NCBI GenBank assembly: GCA_951804945.1
Contig: OX638150.1
Location: forward strand, 51,894,001 to 51,958,000
Length of the DNA: 64,000 bases
DNA from: Podarcis cretensis
Taxonomy: Eukaryota
Direction: 5' to 3'
The position numbers and the translations under genes were made by a program. Below the pieces are notes generated by a model. The model searched no databases. It was not told where the DNA came from and saw only the letters and a list, made by a program, of their open reading frames with translations. Shown in pieces: positions 11,351-24,400 of the stretch; the first letter of the stretch is position 1, and every line of letters starts with the position of its first letter.

Positions 11351-11400
11351 AATCACCAAAGATGAGACAGAGACCCCCTCCTCGTCGAGATCTCACAATA
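11351..11400 (+). CDS. SH3PXD2B: SH3PXD2B exon (~exon 11)
   Basis: ggcag|AATCA...ACAATA|gtaagt; 50 nt; KSPKMRQRPPPRRDLTI. Its phase connects the flanking exons. Confidence 0.95.
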
Positions 11401-12004
11401 GTAAGTATTGGCCACAGTTGCTTTAAGCTGGGGAGTTCTGGTGCATTATTAAATACACAGAACAAAAATAAGCTAGACCAGTGGTGGTAGAAAGGGACGC
11501 AGCTTGTCTTGCCGCATTTTGCATTTTGGCATAGATTCCCATGTGCAAACATGTCCGTGTATGTAACTTGCTTCTTAATGAATGGATGAATATGGAAGTG
11601 ATAAAATAATGCTCTGGTAAGGATCAGGCCATTGCTGCAATATATAAAGGGGGAAATAGTTCTTTCTACATGCATGCCCTGTGCAACTGAACCCATGCAC
11701 AAAATTCATTGCATGAGAAGCTTCCCTAATATTCCTCCTTGTGATCCACATGTGCAGTGGTTCTACCTTATATAGCTGGTGCAGGAGTGAGGCTTAACCC
11801 CCCCCCCCCGATCTGCTTTCTTCTGTCAAGGGACTCTTGCCTTACGAATGAGTATATACCATTCTGTTTTGAAATAGCTGCACAGGCCTTTTCTGTTGTG
11901 TTTATGGCCAGCAGCCACCCACAAAATATAATTCAGTTGTGGCAGTTTCCATAGCACAGGTGCTCTGGAAATAAGCCTACTTACCTACCATATGTGACAA
12001 TGTA

Positions 12005-12230
12005 CAGTGTTACCTCAGGTTAAGTACTTAACTCGTTCCGGAGGTCTGTTCTTAACCTGAAACTGTTCTTAACCTGAAGCACTACTTCAGCTAATGGGGC
12101 CTCCCGCTGCTGCCGTGCCACCGGAGCACAATTTCTGTTCTCATCCTGAAGCAAAGTTCTTGCCCCGAGGTAATATTTCTGGGTTAACGGAGTCTGTAAT
12201 CTGAAGCATATGTAACCCAAGGTACTACTG
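12005..12230. mobile_element. Tc1/mariner (Tigger-like) MITE
   Basis: TA|CAGTGTTACCTCAGGTTA...TAACCCAAGGTACTACTG|TA: TIRs plus TA TSD. A second copy lies at 35732. Confidence 0.88.
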
Positions 12231-12983
12231 TACACTGCATGCATATAGAGTATATATTCTTAATCCGTCATGGGAGCATGGGCTAAGGAAAGCTTTGCTT
12301 ATAAGCTTTATGCATTTGTTTCTCTATGCATACAACTTTCCCCTCAAGTTCAGGGATTGACCGAGGAAACGTTGCCTTTCCCATGAGGCCCTGGAGCACA
12401 CACAGCTAGCAGGGTCAGCAGTTGAGATATGTCTGTATAGATGTTCCTGAAATAGATTTTGTTTTTAAAGCAAACTTGGCCCATTTTCCAAGTCATTCTT
12501 TTTATAACATAGTATTAGAAAGTGACTATATTCACTGATAAAAGAGTCTACAGAGAGTTGAAAATAAAACCCCACAGAGGGAACTCTTAGGGTAAGAAGA
12601 TCCCTTGGGGAAAAGTGAGGGGGTTTTGCTTCTTCAGCAATAGTTTTCCCAGGAGCAGCCATTCAAAGCAGGGCTGAAGCTGGGAATACTTCTCTGCAGA
12701 GCTGAATTTTAATCTGAGCTGCACAAGGATTCATGAGCTCCTAAGGCTCTCCTCCCCTTCGAGGCAAGCAGTATGACGTCTGGAAGTTCGTTTCCAGGCC
12801 CAGACCTGCTAAACATCTCCAGCATCTTTAATCCTGTGTGGCCTCTCTTGAAAGATGAGCTTGTCAGCAGTAAATCAGTGAAGCCACATGAACCTGCCAG
12901 CCAAATGCTACCTTCCTTGTGGGCTAACTTGGAGGGCAGTGGGGTATATTGTCCCCTGTCGTCTTCGGACAGAAGTAGGCTGA

Positions 12984-13193
<210 letters not shown>

Positions 13194-14005
13194 TAAATCC
13201 TTTGTGTTTGCAGTAGTTGTCTGATACAGTTGCTTTATGCTGATGATTGACAGGGATGAGCAGTGCTATTTCCCCCCCCAAAAAAAAAGTTTAGGAGTAC
13301 TCCCATTTTGACTCAAGAAAATAACCATTTTATAGTTCAAATGGTGGAAAATAAATACAGTAAATGGACAAAAGTACAAAGATTCACAAAATGTTTAGGG
13401 GTATGCGTGCTCCTGCATCCGCCCCAGAAAAAAGCACTGGGGATGAGGGTCAAATTTCTGTCCTTCTATCGGTGAGTAAGGAAGGATAATCCTCCCTGGT
13501 GTGCTGTGTTCTAGTCTGACTGGTATGTTCGTATTCCGTTTTAAAAGGTGTGTGGAACAGCTCACCTTTCCATCCTCCCTCCACACATGCTTAGCAGCCC
13601 CTTTCACTGGGAGAAGGTAGAAGTATAAAAAGGAGGTATTCTCTGTTTCTCCACCATGAATGGAATGTGTGCTGAAACTGCAACCATCTTTCAGCTTCTG
13701 GTAATGCAGGCACTGATCTCCTCCAGCTGCCTGCTCACCCTGAACTTTCACTTTTTCCTTCGTCAGATTTTTGCCTTATCAGCTTAAAATATTTGCATAC
13801 TGCTTACTATTTATTTATATATTGCATTTCTCTCCCACTTTTTCTTTCCCTAGCCCCAATTAAAATTACATTTTTAAAATATTTTTATTTATTTTATATA
13901 TGCAACCACTATATTCAAGAATCTTTTTTTAAAAAGATTTTTATTGATACAAGAAAAAAGATTCTTGAAGTGATTTGCTCCATAAAAACACACACACAAC
14001 TACAC

Positions 14006-14039
<34 letters not shown>

Positions 14040-14063
14040 CGCGCGTGCGCACGCACGCACGCA
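14006..14063. repeat. (TG)n(CG)n(CACG)n alternating purine-pyrimidine tract
   Basis: Read directly from the sequence. Confidence 0.95.
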
Positions 14064-14133
14064 TTTAGAAATGGGGATGTTAATTAGCTGTATCAGCCTT
14101 TAAAAATTTGGAGTTTAGTATCCTGCTGGCGTA

Positions 14134-14492
14134 GGGACGCAGGTGGTGCTGTGAGTAAAAGCCTCAGCGCCTAGGGCTTGCTGATCAAAAGGTCGGTGGT
14201 TCGAATCCCCGCGGCGGGGTGCGCTCCCGTTGCTCAGTCCCAGCGCCTGCCCACCTAGCAGTTCGAAAGCACCCCCGGGTGCAAGTAGATAAATAGGGAC
14301 CGCTTACTGGCGGGAAGGTAAACGGCGTTTCCGTGTGCTGCGCTGGCTCGCCAGATGCGGCTTTGTCACGCTGGCTACGTGACCCGGAAGTGTCTCCGGA
14401 CAGCGCTGGCCCCTGGCCTCTTGAGTGAGATGGGCGCACAACCTTAGAGTCTGTCAAGACTGGCCGGTACATGCAGGGGTACCTTTACCTTT
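14134..14492 (+). mobile_element. Full-length Sauria SINE with TSD
   Basis: GGGACGCAGGTGGTGCTGTG head, GGTTCGAATCC B box and ACCTTTACCTTT tail. TSD TATCCTGCTGG at 14119-14129 and 14492-14502. Confidence 0.94.
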
Positions 14493-15350
14493 ATCCTGCT
14501 GGTGGTACCTCATCTATGGCTCATTGCTGACACCTAGTGGCCAAGTAGTTTTCTTGGCCAATTGGATTCTTGTGCTGTGTGTGTCCACGTTTGCTTGGAG
14601 AAGAGAGCTGACTTGAAAGGTGGTCTGCTACTTTTGATGCTCTGAATACATATGCATGGGTGGATGCACCGGTACAAGAGAGTGATTCCCATTTAATAGT
14701 GCAAACTAGCTAGAAGTACATGATTATATTTTGTATTGCACAAGGGCCTCAGCCATTTCATACATTACACTGAGACAAGCCCAGTTGTGTTACTGAGTGT
14801 TAACTCAGCAAGGAGTTGCAGCCAATCTATGACTCCCCTTGCAACAGATGCATGCATGGCATCCACATATTACATTTGTAGGTGTGCACAAACACAAAAT
14901 AACTTGTACACCTACGAAATGTCCTTTGTCAAATGATTCTCGCCTTCAGACAGTTAGATAAATTCAATAACAGAAGATTCTGTTAAGCAGAGTGAAGGGC
15001 CAAGGTTAGGACAATATAAGAAGTTTAAAGAGCAATATAAGGAAGCTACAGCTTTCTGCAGTTCCTTAACTATGAGAGGAAATGCCAAAAGATTCAAGGC
15101 TGAAATGAGACTCCATGGCAATTTTAAAAAATGGTTTTGAAAGTGGAAGCTCTTCCTTAATTTCCACCACCACCTTTGCTCCTAGAATTGGGAGGGAGGC
15201 ATAAAAGAAATTGCTGGGGTATGGCTTCACCCTTGGGCTGGGGGTTAGCCACCTCTGTTCTTAAGTAACCCCCTCAGCTTTGATGTGAGCAGTTGAAGCT
15301 ACTGGTGCGGCAAGAGACCTAAGGCATGGTGTTTCTCTTTCCTTCCGCAG

Positions 15351-16889
15351 GTCATTGAGAAGAACCTGAGTGGTTGGTGGTACATCCAGATAGAGGAGAA
15401 GGAAGGCTGGGCACCAGCTACTTTCATTGACAAGTACAAGAAAACTAGCAACGCATCTAGACCTAACTTCTTGGCACCGCTGCCGAATGAAATGGCGCAG
15501 CTCCGGCTTGGTGACAGTGTGGCAGAGAGCAGCTCTAATGGAGAAGCCTTTGGGCCATCCAGGCCTCTGCCTGAAGCACCACCCAATGACATAGACAGTG
15601 CAGGGAAATGGAAAACGAAGGAGGTTTCCAAGGGTGCCCTGCCAGAGAGCAGCGATGCATCTCTCTCCGTGGGGTACGAGGAGATTTGTGATCGGGACGC
15701 CGAAGAGAAGCCGAGCCTCCCTCCGAGGAAGGAATCCATAATTAAATCTGAAGAGGAGTTGATAGAAAGGCAGCGGTTGGAACAGAGGCCACCTCCGAAG
15801 CCTCCTGGCATGATTTTGCCTGCGATTCCCCCCAAGCAGGCTGTCCCTCCAAGGGACAACAGGAAGCCAGAGCTCAAAACAGAGAAGGGGAAACTGTTCC
15901 AGCTGAAAAACGAAATGGGGCTAGAGTGTGGGCACAAGGTGTCTCCCAAAGAGGTGAAGAAGCCGAACCTTCGGCCCACTGTTAAGCCTGCCAAGCCAAA
16001 AGTTGAGCCCCCGGAGGACAAGCCTGAGCTTGGGACCCCGAACCCTTTCCTGAAATCAAAGCCTCAGGTCAGACCCAAGCCAGCAGCAGCCCCTAGGACA
16101 GATCCCCCTCAGGGAGATGACAAACTAGACATTTGCAACCTGAGGAGCAAACTCAGGCCTGCCAAAGCGCAAGAGAAGCCTTCTGATCAGGACCCCACGG
16201 CTGGCGAGAGTGCCTTCAGTAACAACGCACTTCCTGTGGAATCTTCTGTCCGGTCTCAGGAAAGGCCAGCTGTGGAGATGAGGCCTCCATCCAGACCAGA
16301 CAGCCAAGTCTTCAAGGAGGCTGCTTCATCCAAAGTTCCTTTTGGCTCTGCAAAGCTGAGTGAGGCTGATTCCAAGGGTAGCTTTCCAGCTTCCAGGGAA
16401 CCACCTCAGCGGCCTGTGGTACCACCCAGGAGGCCGCCGCCTCCCAAGAAAGCCTCCACACCATCGCCTGCATCTTTGTTCGCCCCCTCTCCAGAAAATA
16501 AAGCTCCACAGAGGGAAGTGCCTGAACTGAGAGCTGCCTCTGTGCCTGGCAGGCCGATGCTGGTTCCACCAAAAGCCAAAGGTTTCCTGCCAGCTCCGTG
16601 CCAAGATGATGCCAAAGCGAAAAGCGGCCTAGGCCCAAAAGGAATCCCCAAGCCTGTGGAGAGGGAGAAAGGATCCGTCCCCATCACCAGTTCAGACGTC
16701 TCCAGAGAAGCCCTCTATGTGGCTGTGGCAGATTTTGATGGCGATGAAGAAACCAGCAGCTTTAAAGAAGGGACCTTGTTTGAAGTCCGAGAGAAGAACA
16801 GCAGCGGCTGGTGGTTCTGCAAGGTCCTTGCTGGAGCGCCATGTTGGGAAGGCTGGATTCCTTCCAATTATCTCAGAAAAAAACCATAA
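15351..16889 (+). CDS. SH3PXD2B: SH3PXD2B last coding exon (~exon 13): end of SH3 #3, proline-rich linker, SH3 #4, stop
   Basis: ccgcag|GTCATTGAGAAG. Encodes [31 protein letters not shown]..., the GYEEI Src-site motif, PxxP motifs, and ends [12 protein letters not shown] as Tks4 does. Confidence 0.97.
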   Translation, partial: VIEKNLSGWWYIQIEEKEGWAPATFIDKYKKTSNASRPNFLAPLPNEMAQLRLGDSVAESSSNGEAFGPSRPLPEAPPNDIDSAGKWKTKEVSKGALPESSDASLSVGYEEICDRDAEEKPSLPPRKESIIKSEEELIERQRLEQRPPPKPPGMILPAIPPKQAVPPRDNRKPELKTEKGKLFQLKNEMGLECGHKVSPKEVKKPNLRPTVKPAKPKVEPPEDKPELGTPNPFLKSKPQVRPKPAAAPRTDPPQGDDKLDICNLRSKLRPAKAQEKPSDQDPTAGESAFSNNALPVESSVRSQERPAVEMRPPSRPDSQVFKEAASSKVPFGSAKLSEADSKGSFPASREPPQRPVVPPRRPPPPKKASTPSPASLFAPSPENKAPQREVPELRAASVPGRPMLVPPKAKGFLPAPCQDDAKAKSGLGPKGIPKPVEREKGSVPITSSDVSREALYVAVADFDGDEETSSFKEGTLFEVREKNSSGWWFCKVLAGAPCWEGWIPSNYLRKKP

Positions 16890-18682
16890 GCCCCTCCATT
16901 TGTCTTCAGATTAAGCAGCAGCTCAACATTCCCCATTTTAGTATCAAAATATTTAATTAGTTTATTTATAGTTTTTCATAAGGCTGGCTCTATTATTATT
17001 TTTTTAAGTATCTGGGATACCATACATTCCAACTTGTGTCATTTCCAAGAAAGAATAGCAAGGGAAACAGGCCTTCCTATTAGTGTAGCTTTGCTACTGT
17101 TGCTACTCTTGGCAGCTCATTCCCTAAATACTTCTTAATAGGTTAATTCACAGAGACACACACAATTAGTCCCTTCCCCACCCTCCATGTGGTTTAGGTC
17201 CACCTGCCCCTCACAGGGCTGACTGATTAAAAAAAGTGTTCTTTAAAATTGTCTCTCAAGTTCTGGAACACACAGTAGCAAACAAAAGGCCCACACACAC
17301 GTTAGAATGTAAAAACCTGGGTGATTTGTTTTCAGCTTGGTGAGGAAATGGAAGTGAGTCCCGCTAACCAATGAATGGAAATGAGAAATTGAAAAGCCAC
17401 TGTTTGTGCTGAGTTCCCTTGTTAAATACCACGTGCCACATTTTGCTGTTATTCAGATGCTAATATGCCTCTGAATAAGTAATTTGATGTTCTAGGATAT
17501 GCCTAGGTGGAAAGGCCTGTCCAAGTAGCTGCTAAGAGATTCTTTCTAGCCTTGTATAAGTATCTTTTGCCCCATATTTGAGCAATCCTTCTGCCACTGT
17601 AGGTCCCACATTAACGCCTCTTTTGATGTCTGTTGTGCTGACCTCTTTGTATAGGCTCCCCTCCCAGTATTATAGTCTCCTTTTAGTAAATAAAGCAGAT
17701 ATTATATTAGGTTATCCATACTGTTCCGCTGTAAGGTTTCAAATAACTCCCAAGACCTCCTGGCAGGAGGATTGCTAGCAGAACAAAGTGCTGCCTCTTC
17801 AGGGACAGATTGCACAGCTGCATTCACGCCTGTACGCAAGTAGATCTCTAGTGCTGTCCTATCATGATTCCTCAGGTCTGGTAGATGACAGCTGCCAGGA
17901 TGGTAGCCCTCCAGTAGGTGCTAATAATTTATACTGCAAGGCTTCCCAACCTGGAAGTAGCATCTAGATTTCACAAGGGACGGAGGTTTTGCTGTACCCC
18001 TCCCCACTTTATCTATTCCTTACCCATTTCTATTCCTTACCCTTTCCAAAAAGCATGTTTCTCACCCATATGTTGATTTGTAGGGTGGAGAGGGGGGAAT
18101 GTGGATGTTATGCAGCGAGGCTAAAACAATAGTTCTTGGGGCTGTTCTAACTTATCTGAGTGGGAAGGCATGTGTCTGATTCTGGCCTCTTTAACTATGG
18201 ACCATGGCAATTTTCTGTGATGCCATGGAAATGGCTCTCATAAGAGGAGGGCTGGGTTCAGAGCACAATGTGCTTAATACGACATATGTATATTTTGGAG
18301 CAGTGGTCATGAGGCATCAGAGAAAGAAATATCAAATGTGCGTTTAGAAATATATATGTCTTCACATACGTTGCCCCCCTTTCATTTAATACATGTGTAT
18401 GTGTATTCATCTCCAGGGTGTGAAAAAGCCGTGAGCAATGCCTCCTGCTCTCAATCTTACCATTGCTGCAATGGATCAGTGGTTTTATTTTCAGAAATAT
18501 AAACCTGGATAGATTCACTGCTGATCTAACAGTAAAAAACAAACAAACCATGTTTGCATTGACCAAGAGAGGGTCAATGATTTCCCATGTGTGTATTATT
18601 GGTGTGAGTCTGCCTAGTTCGGTCTCCCATGGGCTGAACATCACTTACCTGCTTTAATCAGGTAGTATACAGATTTAATTTA

Positions 18683-18820
18683 AGCCAACTTTCCCCAATC
18701 TAGTGCCTTCCAGATGTTGAACCACAATCCCCATCACATGAGCCCCAGCCAGTAGGGCTAATAGGGGTGGTGAGAACATGCAACTCGACACCTGGAGGAT
18801 ACCAGTTCGAGGAAGGCTGG
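18683..18820. mobile_element. Degenerate short hAT-type MITE
   Basis: TTCCCCAATCTAGTGCCTTCCAGATG...CACCTGGAGGATACCAGTTCGAGGAAGGCTG, an imperfect palindrome. Confidence 0.55.
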
Positions 18821-19041
18821 CTTAAGTTAAATCTGCATACTGTCATAAATCTTCCTATATAATGGTTATTTTTTAAAAAATGGAGGATTTAGGAGTCCAT
18901 CTCCTAACTTTGCTTTCTGAAAATCAGCACTTGAAGTTCACATCATGTCATTTTCCCTAAAGACATGTTGCTTTGGTCCCAGCTTAGATACAGGCACTGT
19001 CCTTTTAGTGCTGTAGTGTTTCTTCTGTCCATCCCTTAGAT

Positions 19042-20297
19042 CAGCAGTAGCCAACATGGTACCCTAAATGTTGTTGAGCTACAACTCCCATCACCAGCTT
19101 CAAGCATCCTTTGAGGATGCAGATTATCTAGATCCATTCTAGTCTGGATTCTGGCTTGGTTTGGAGACAGATCAGCCTTGGTTGCCCTGATAAATTACCA
19201 TTGTCTAGAGAAGGATAGGGGGAGTGTGACTATGTTACTCTTTCTTGATCTCTGTGACTTTTGATACCATCCGCTATGGTGTTCTTGGACTGACTCTTAG
19301 AGATGGAACCTGGGGGCATGTTCTTCAGTGGTCCGTTCCTATCTTTAGAGCCTGTTTCAGAGACTAGCACTGGAAGATTGCCTGTTGGCTTCCCGGCAGT
19401 TATGTTAAGAGGTCCCATCTTGTCCCCAGTTCTGTTTAATGCCTATATGAAGCCTTTGGGTGAGGCCATTAGAATATTTGGAGCTAACTGCTATTAATAA
19501 ACTGATGTCACCCAACTCTTTCTCTTTGGCATTTGAGTCAGGTATGGTGCGCAAGCCCAGAGCCAGTGTCTGGACTTAGTGGTGGGTTGATAAACTGGAG
19601 CTGAATCCTGGTAAGACTCAGGGCCCTGTGTGTGTGTGCACCTACTGTCCAGGATAGAGGTCAGTTACCTGCTGTGGGTGGGGTTGCACTTCCTCTGAAG
19701 GGACAGGTATGTAGTCTGAGAGTGCTGCTTGATCCATTGTTGTCACTGGGGGCTCCAGTACCTTGGAATTCTTGGTAGTTTTGGCTGGTGTGCCAGCTAT
19801 GGCTGTTTCCGGACAGGGATAGCTTAGCTCCAGGGGCCCATGCAGTGGTCCCCTTGCAATGGAATTGCTGCAGTGTGCTCTGTGTAGAGTTTGTGTTTGG
19901 TTGGGAAGCTGCAACGAATGCAGAATGTGGAGTCATAGCTTATGGCCAGGTTGCCTTCTGGAGAGAACTGCACTGGATGGCAAAATGCTTTACAGGACCA
20001 AATTTAAGATTTTACTGTTAAGAGTATAAAGCCCTAAACAACTTGGTACCAGGGTATCTGAGACATCACCTTATCCTCTATGTACCTGTATGTTCACTGC
20101 AGTATTTTATTTTTTTAACTGTATTTTTACTTTTGTTGTTGTTTTGTTGTTGTTGTTGTATACTGTTATGGTATTTTGTAACATTTAGCAGTTATCAATA
20201 TTCCAAAATTAATTAATAAATTGGCTAAACCAATGATCAGGGTTGATGGGAGTTGTAGTCTGACAACGTCTGGAAGATACCACGTTTGTTATCTCTA
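19042..20297. mobile_element. Short hAT-type MITE split by an L2 insertion
   Basis: Left half 19042-19094 (...CTACAACTCCCATCA) and right half 20221-20297 (...TGATGGGAGTTGTAGTC...). Near-matching TSD CCTTAGAT/TGTTAGAT. Confidence 0.65.
19095..20220 (+). mobile_element. Decayed 5'-truncated L2-like LINE
   Basis: Frameshifted RT motifs (EDADYLDPF*SGF, DRGSVTMLLFLDL, FDTI, ILSPVLFNAYMKPLGEAIR, YKALNNLVPGYL) and an AT-rich AATAAA tail. Confidence 0.85.
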
Positions 20298-20877
20298 TGT
20301 TAGATAGGTCTCACTCATCTTTGCATGGCCAGTAAGCAAGGTATCCTTTGTGCCATATGGGAGATGAAATTTGATTATTCACTTTTTGTGCTTGCATCTC
20401 CCAGCTCTGAACCTATGATAACTGCTCTAGTGATGTCATCAGATAGGTAAAGAATTTGCTTTTTCCCTCTTCTCTGTTCGATTATATGTGTGTGGTAGTA
20501 AACACTACAACATGATGCCAAAATAGATTGCTTTATACCAAAAAAAATTACTATGAAGAGAAGCAACTTGACTCATTCCCCCACCCACCCCAGTCTCCGT
20601 CCCAAGGGCCTTTCTTGTTCCCATTTTGCTGGATCTTGAGGTGCTTCCTCCTCACGAGTCCCAGGGCTCTCCTTCCACACACCTCTCTATCCTTGGCAAA
20701 ACCTTCACAGAAGGGGCCCTGGACTGATAGTGCTGTGTCTGAAAGCAGCCCATGACACACACACCTCTGTGCCTCATTTTTTATTATTGCACAGGATGCA
20801 GACAATGATACTGACCTAACCTGCTGGGCATGAGAAGCATTGGTGAGCTAAGCCTTCCCTCAGTACTTTGTCCTAGG

Positions 20878-21018
20878 CCAGCCTCCCACAACCAGTGCTG
20901 TCCGGAAGTGGTTGGACGACTCCAATTCCCATTAGACCCAGCAAACAAGGTCAGTGGTCAGGGAAGTTGAGAGTTGTAATCCAACAACATCTGGAATGGC
21001 ACAGGCTGCTGAAAGCTG
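20878..21018. mobile_element. Degenerate short hAT-type MITE
   Basis: CAGCCTCCCACAACC...AATTCCCATTAG...GGTCAGGGA...AGTTGTAATCCAACAACATCTGG...AAAGCTG, flanked by GTCCTA repeats. Confidence 0.55.
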
Positions 21019-21464
21019 TCCTATGCTGAATTGGGGGGGGGGGGGATCATTCTAATTATTGCCTGTGACACATAGGTAAAACTTGCCCACAGTCACATAC
21101 TGTGTTTTCCTTCCACCAAGCTCACTAAATCACATCCCAGGGTAACTAACTTTACTATGGGGATAAAGGATATTCAGCCTTTTGCTTACCAAAGCCGGCT
21201 TTGCAGCCCTCTGACTGGGATGTTGGAGGCGGAGGGAGGCTGCCTAAATGGCCTTGCCTTCCTGTGCAAACATTAGAAGCCTGTTTTAATGTCTCGTATT
21301 ATGTAAACTTGTATCAATCTGTACTTTACCGTGGGTGGGATTTGGGGTGGGGGTGGGGGGGAAGGGTTTCTGAGGATGATAGATGTAGCCTGTGTAAAAT
21401 ATCATGTATACTTCCAACATTAAAGGGTGGTGGCTGTTGGGGTTTTTTTTTTTTTAGGAAAAGA

Positions 21465-21470
21465 AATAAA
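21465..21470 (+). terminator. Candidate polyadenylation signal of SH3PXD2B
   Basis: AATAAA with downstream U-rich elements. Confidence 0.5.
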
Positions 21471-24400
21471 AAAATGAGCTTGACTGGTTTCAAGCAGAAT
21501 TGTTACAACACTTTTGCTTTTTTCCTTCTGCCTATCCGACGTGTCAAATGCTGTTTTAACAGAACAAATGCTTCACTTAGGGGGCTGCAAGGCCCCCCAC
21601 TCACAGTCCTAGAAAGTGGCCTCTATCTGTCTCTCAAAAGAAGCAAGAGTATCGCTTGCTCTTGGTGTAATCTTGCCGGAGCTAAGTTTTTACCGAGGTT
21701 GTACTGTTTCCTTCTCTGCCATACCTGCTAGAGAAATGGGAATAATGCATTATTTCAAGTGTGAATTTATTAAACACACACGGGGGGGGGGGGGGGGGGC
21801 TTCTGCCAAGGCTAGACCTGTTGCAGTAACCTTTTAACATTTGGGAGTAGTTTGAATGCCCAAGCAGCAATGGGGATACAAGTGGTTTGCTAAACGTTCT
21901 ATAAAGCTTGTTCGAAAATAAAAAGTCCTTCACCAAAAGTTTTCACAATGAAAGGTAGTAAGCTGTGGTGTCCCATAAGGTCCTCTTTGTTCATAAATTA
22001 CCTGCAGCGAGGAATTGTGAAGCGGTCACATGCGTGGATGGCGTCAAAGGATCCCAACTGGACTGCAAAGAGCTCCAAAAGTGTTTGTTCAAACTGGGTG
22101 AGTATGCAACAACATTCCTAACTTCGTAATACATGTGGATGGGATTATTCATGGGTGGTGACACTGCTGGGAAGTTCAGTGAGAATGTGGGGTCAGTGTA
22201 CAGCATCAGGGGTAGCAAACCGCACCGTCCACCTCTGCCTGCCATGCGTATAGTGGCTGGGCAGCTGCTGGCCTGTCTGCAGCTGCTGCTCAGCTGCAAT
22301 GGTCCCCCGCTCCTGCTGCTGTCCCCAGCTTATCCTGGGCTGCTCCCCCACACCCAGGCATGGAGTGCAGCTGCTGCAGGGAAGCAGCAGGTGGTGCTCC
22401 AGCAGTTTATTGGAGCATCAGTGGCCTGCCGTACGCCACTATGGGCACACCACTCCTTATTCTGAGGCAAGGGTCCTTCCTTAGCGTGAGGCATTGTCAT
22501 GGTCAAAGCAGTGTTGGTGGAGGCCATTTCTGTGTCTATCTCAGCTTCAAGGTCTCACTCTGGGCCCCTTCCTCAGAGCGCAGCAGTGAGGGGCAAGGAT
22601 GGTTCTACAGCTAGGTGGAGATGGCAAGTCAGTCTATTGTGCCAGTGCTGTGATCATATGAAGGTTTGCCAAAATACCCCACCCCTTTCTGGGGGGGGGG
22701 GGATTGCTATAGGGTAGAATTCAATGTTGTGCTATGGCAAACGTCCCTTCTGTGTGCCAACGGAAGCCTTCATGCAAGACTTGAGCTGACAGTACTTATT
22801 AGGCGAATCCCATCCATTGTGTGTGGGAGGGGGTAGAACTCAGAATCACCCAATAAAGACGGGGCATCTAACTGGGCATGGAGTGTTGATGTGCTGCTTT
22901 TGGGCATGGGCAGGGAGAAAAAGAGAATGGAGCATCTTTACACTGCAACATTTTGCTGCATTTCTCACTTGCACCTGTGTATGTATGCAGATAGATTTTC
23001 CAGTTTATTTGCCCAATAAACAATGCAGTATAGAACAGAAAAAGAATGTTGTGCCACTTAATATCATTTTGCAGGAAGGCAAGCAGTAGGGAGGGTTGTC
23101 ATAAGGCCTATAGCTGGAGTCTAGATGTTCCTGCAACAGTGGCATCCAGTATCTTTGCTCCAGGCCAACCTCAAGAACAGGGAGCTCAATTCAGGGGCCT
23201 ATTCACCCAGCTCCTCATAGTCATCCTCCTAGCTATATTGCTAGCTATATTTGCCATCCCATGGAGTAGTCCACCTGTTGTTGCTGAGCTATTAAATTAC
23301 ATGCTTGTTTGAAAGAAAACCTAAGTCTCTCATATACTACTTTAGAAATTTGTGCACAGATCAAAAGCTTGTGCGGCTTCCAAGAGAAGTTAAGTCATTT
23401 AGTGGGAATCACTTTGTGTTGTACATCACTCCAGGACCTAACGTTCTGGACTTACCAACAGTAAGAAAGGAGCAACTGTTTTGAGTTCCAGGAGGGAAAG
23501 ATAAGGAGCCCCTTTTGTGTTTATGATATGACCTGCTTCTAGCCTTCTTCAGTGCAGTTCTGAGCTTCAAATGACCACTATGTGGTGCTATTAATGCAAT
23601 TACCCAAATCTTGTTTCCCCCATTGCATTAAGCCTTGTAACTGTCAAGTAGCACCTGTTAGCTAGAGGCAGCGGTGGAAGTGAATTTCTGGTCTTCAGCT
23701 GCTGCCTTTGATCTCTTCAGTTAGTCCCTGATAAATTACTCAGAAGCAACGTAGCAGAAATGGAAATGCAGAAAGCTGAGTAGTTTTGCATGTGCCTTAA
23801 GGCTTGGTTATAATTACGTATGGGGTGCCTGACTCTCAACAATCCTGCCCTTGTGCTGTTAGGAGCCAAAGGAATGGCAGTGCTACTTGGCATTTGGCAG
23901 CCCAGACCCATGTTATATTGTAGGAGATAAAGGCTGCTTATTGTAGTATATGGGGTAAAAGTCACGGTGAAAACCAGAGGGCTAGTATTATCAACTGACT
24001 GCAGGATGGCTTCCCATACCAACCCCCACCTTCAGTTGTCCTAGCACTTCAGTTGCAAATTTTACTTGGTTGAATGTCTCTCACTTTTGCCTTATTCCTA
24101 AATTGTGCTTGGGCTTGACAGACAGCAATGCACATGGCAAGGAAGTATCTTGGGCTTGAATTGACTGATGGGGAGCCATTGTGTTCTGTTCACTGTAGTC
24201 CAAGCTGCACTGTGGGTAGCAGCCAACCTTACAGTTTTAATAACGCAAAAACCCATCAAGTCTCAACACTGGCTTCCTTACCAATGGAGAGGCACGTGGA
24301 GCAGATTACACCACACCCAGAATTCCCTGGAGCCCTGATAAAGAGAAGGTTCTTGGCAGCAACTTGGGACTTTGACCTGTTATAATAATTAAACTGAAAT

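Larger units (their letters stand above)
16890..21490 (+). other. SH3PXD2B: Probable SH3PXD2B 3'UTR
   Basis: Follows the stop codon, has AU-rich blocks, and an AATAAA at 21465-21470 followed by U/GU-rich sequence. The end point is inferred. Confidence 0.55.

Noticed and set aside
15299-16687. Several minus-strand ORFs
   Set aside because: Antisense shadows of the GC-rich last exon of SH3PXD2B.
21991-22717. Cluster of short GC-rich ORFs downstream of SH3PXD2B
   Set aside because: Low-complexity CAG/CTG-rich sequence next to a small CR1-like fragment, with no recognisable domain or splice structure.
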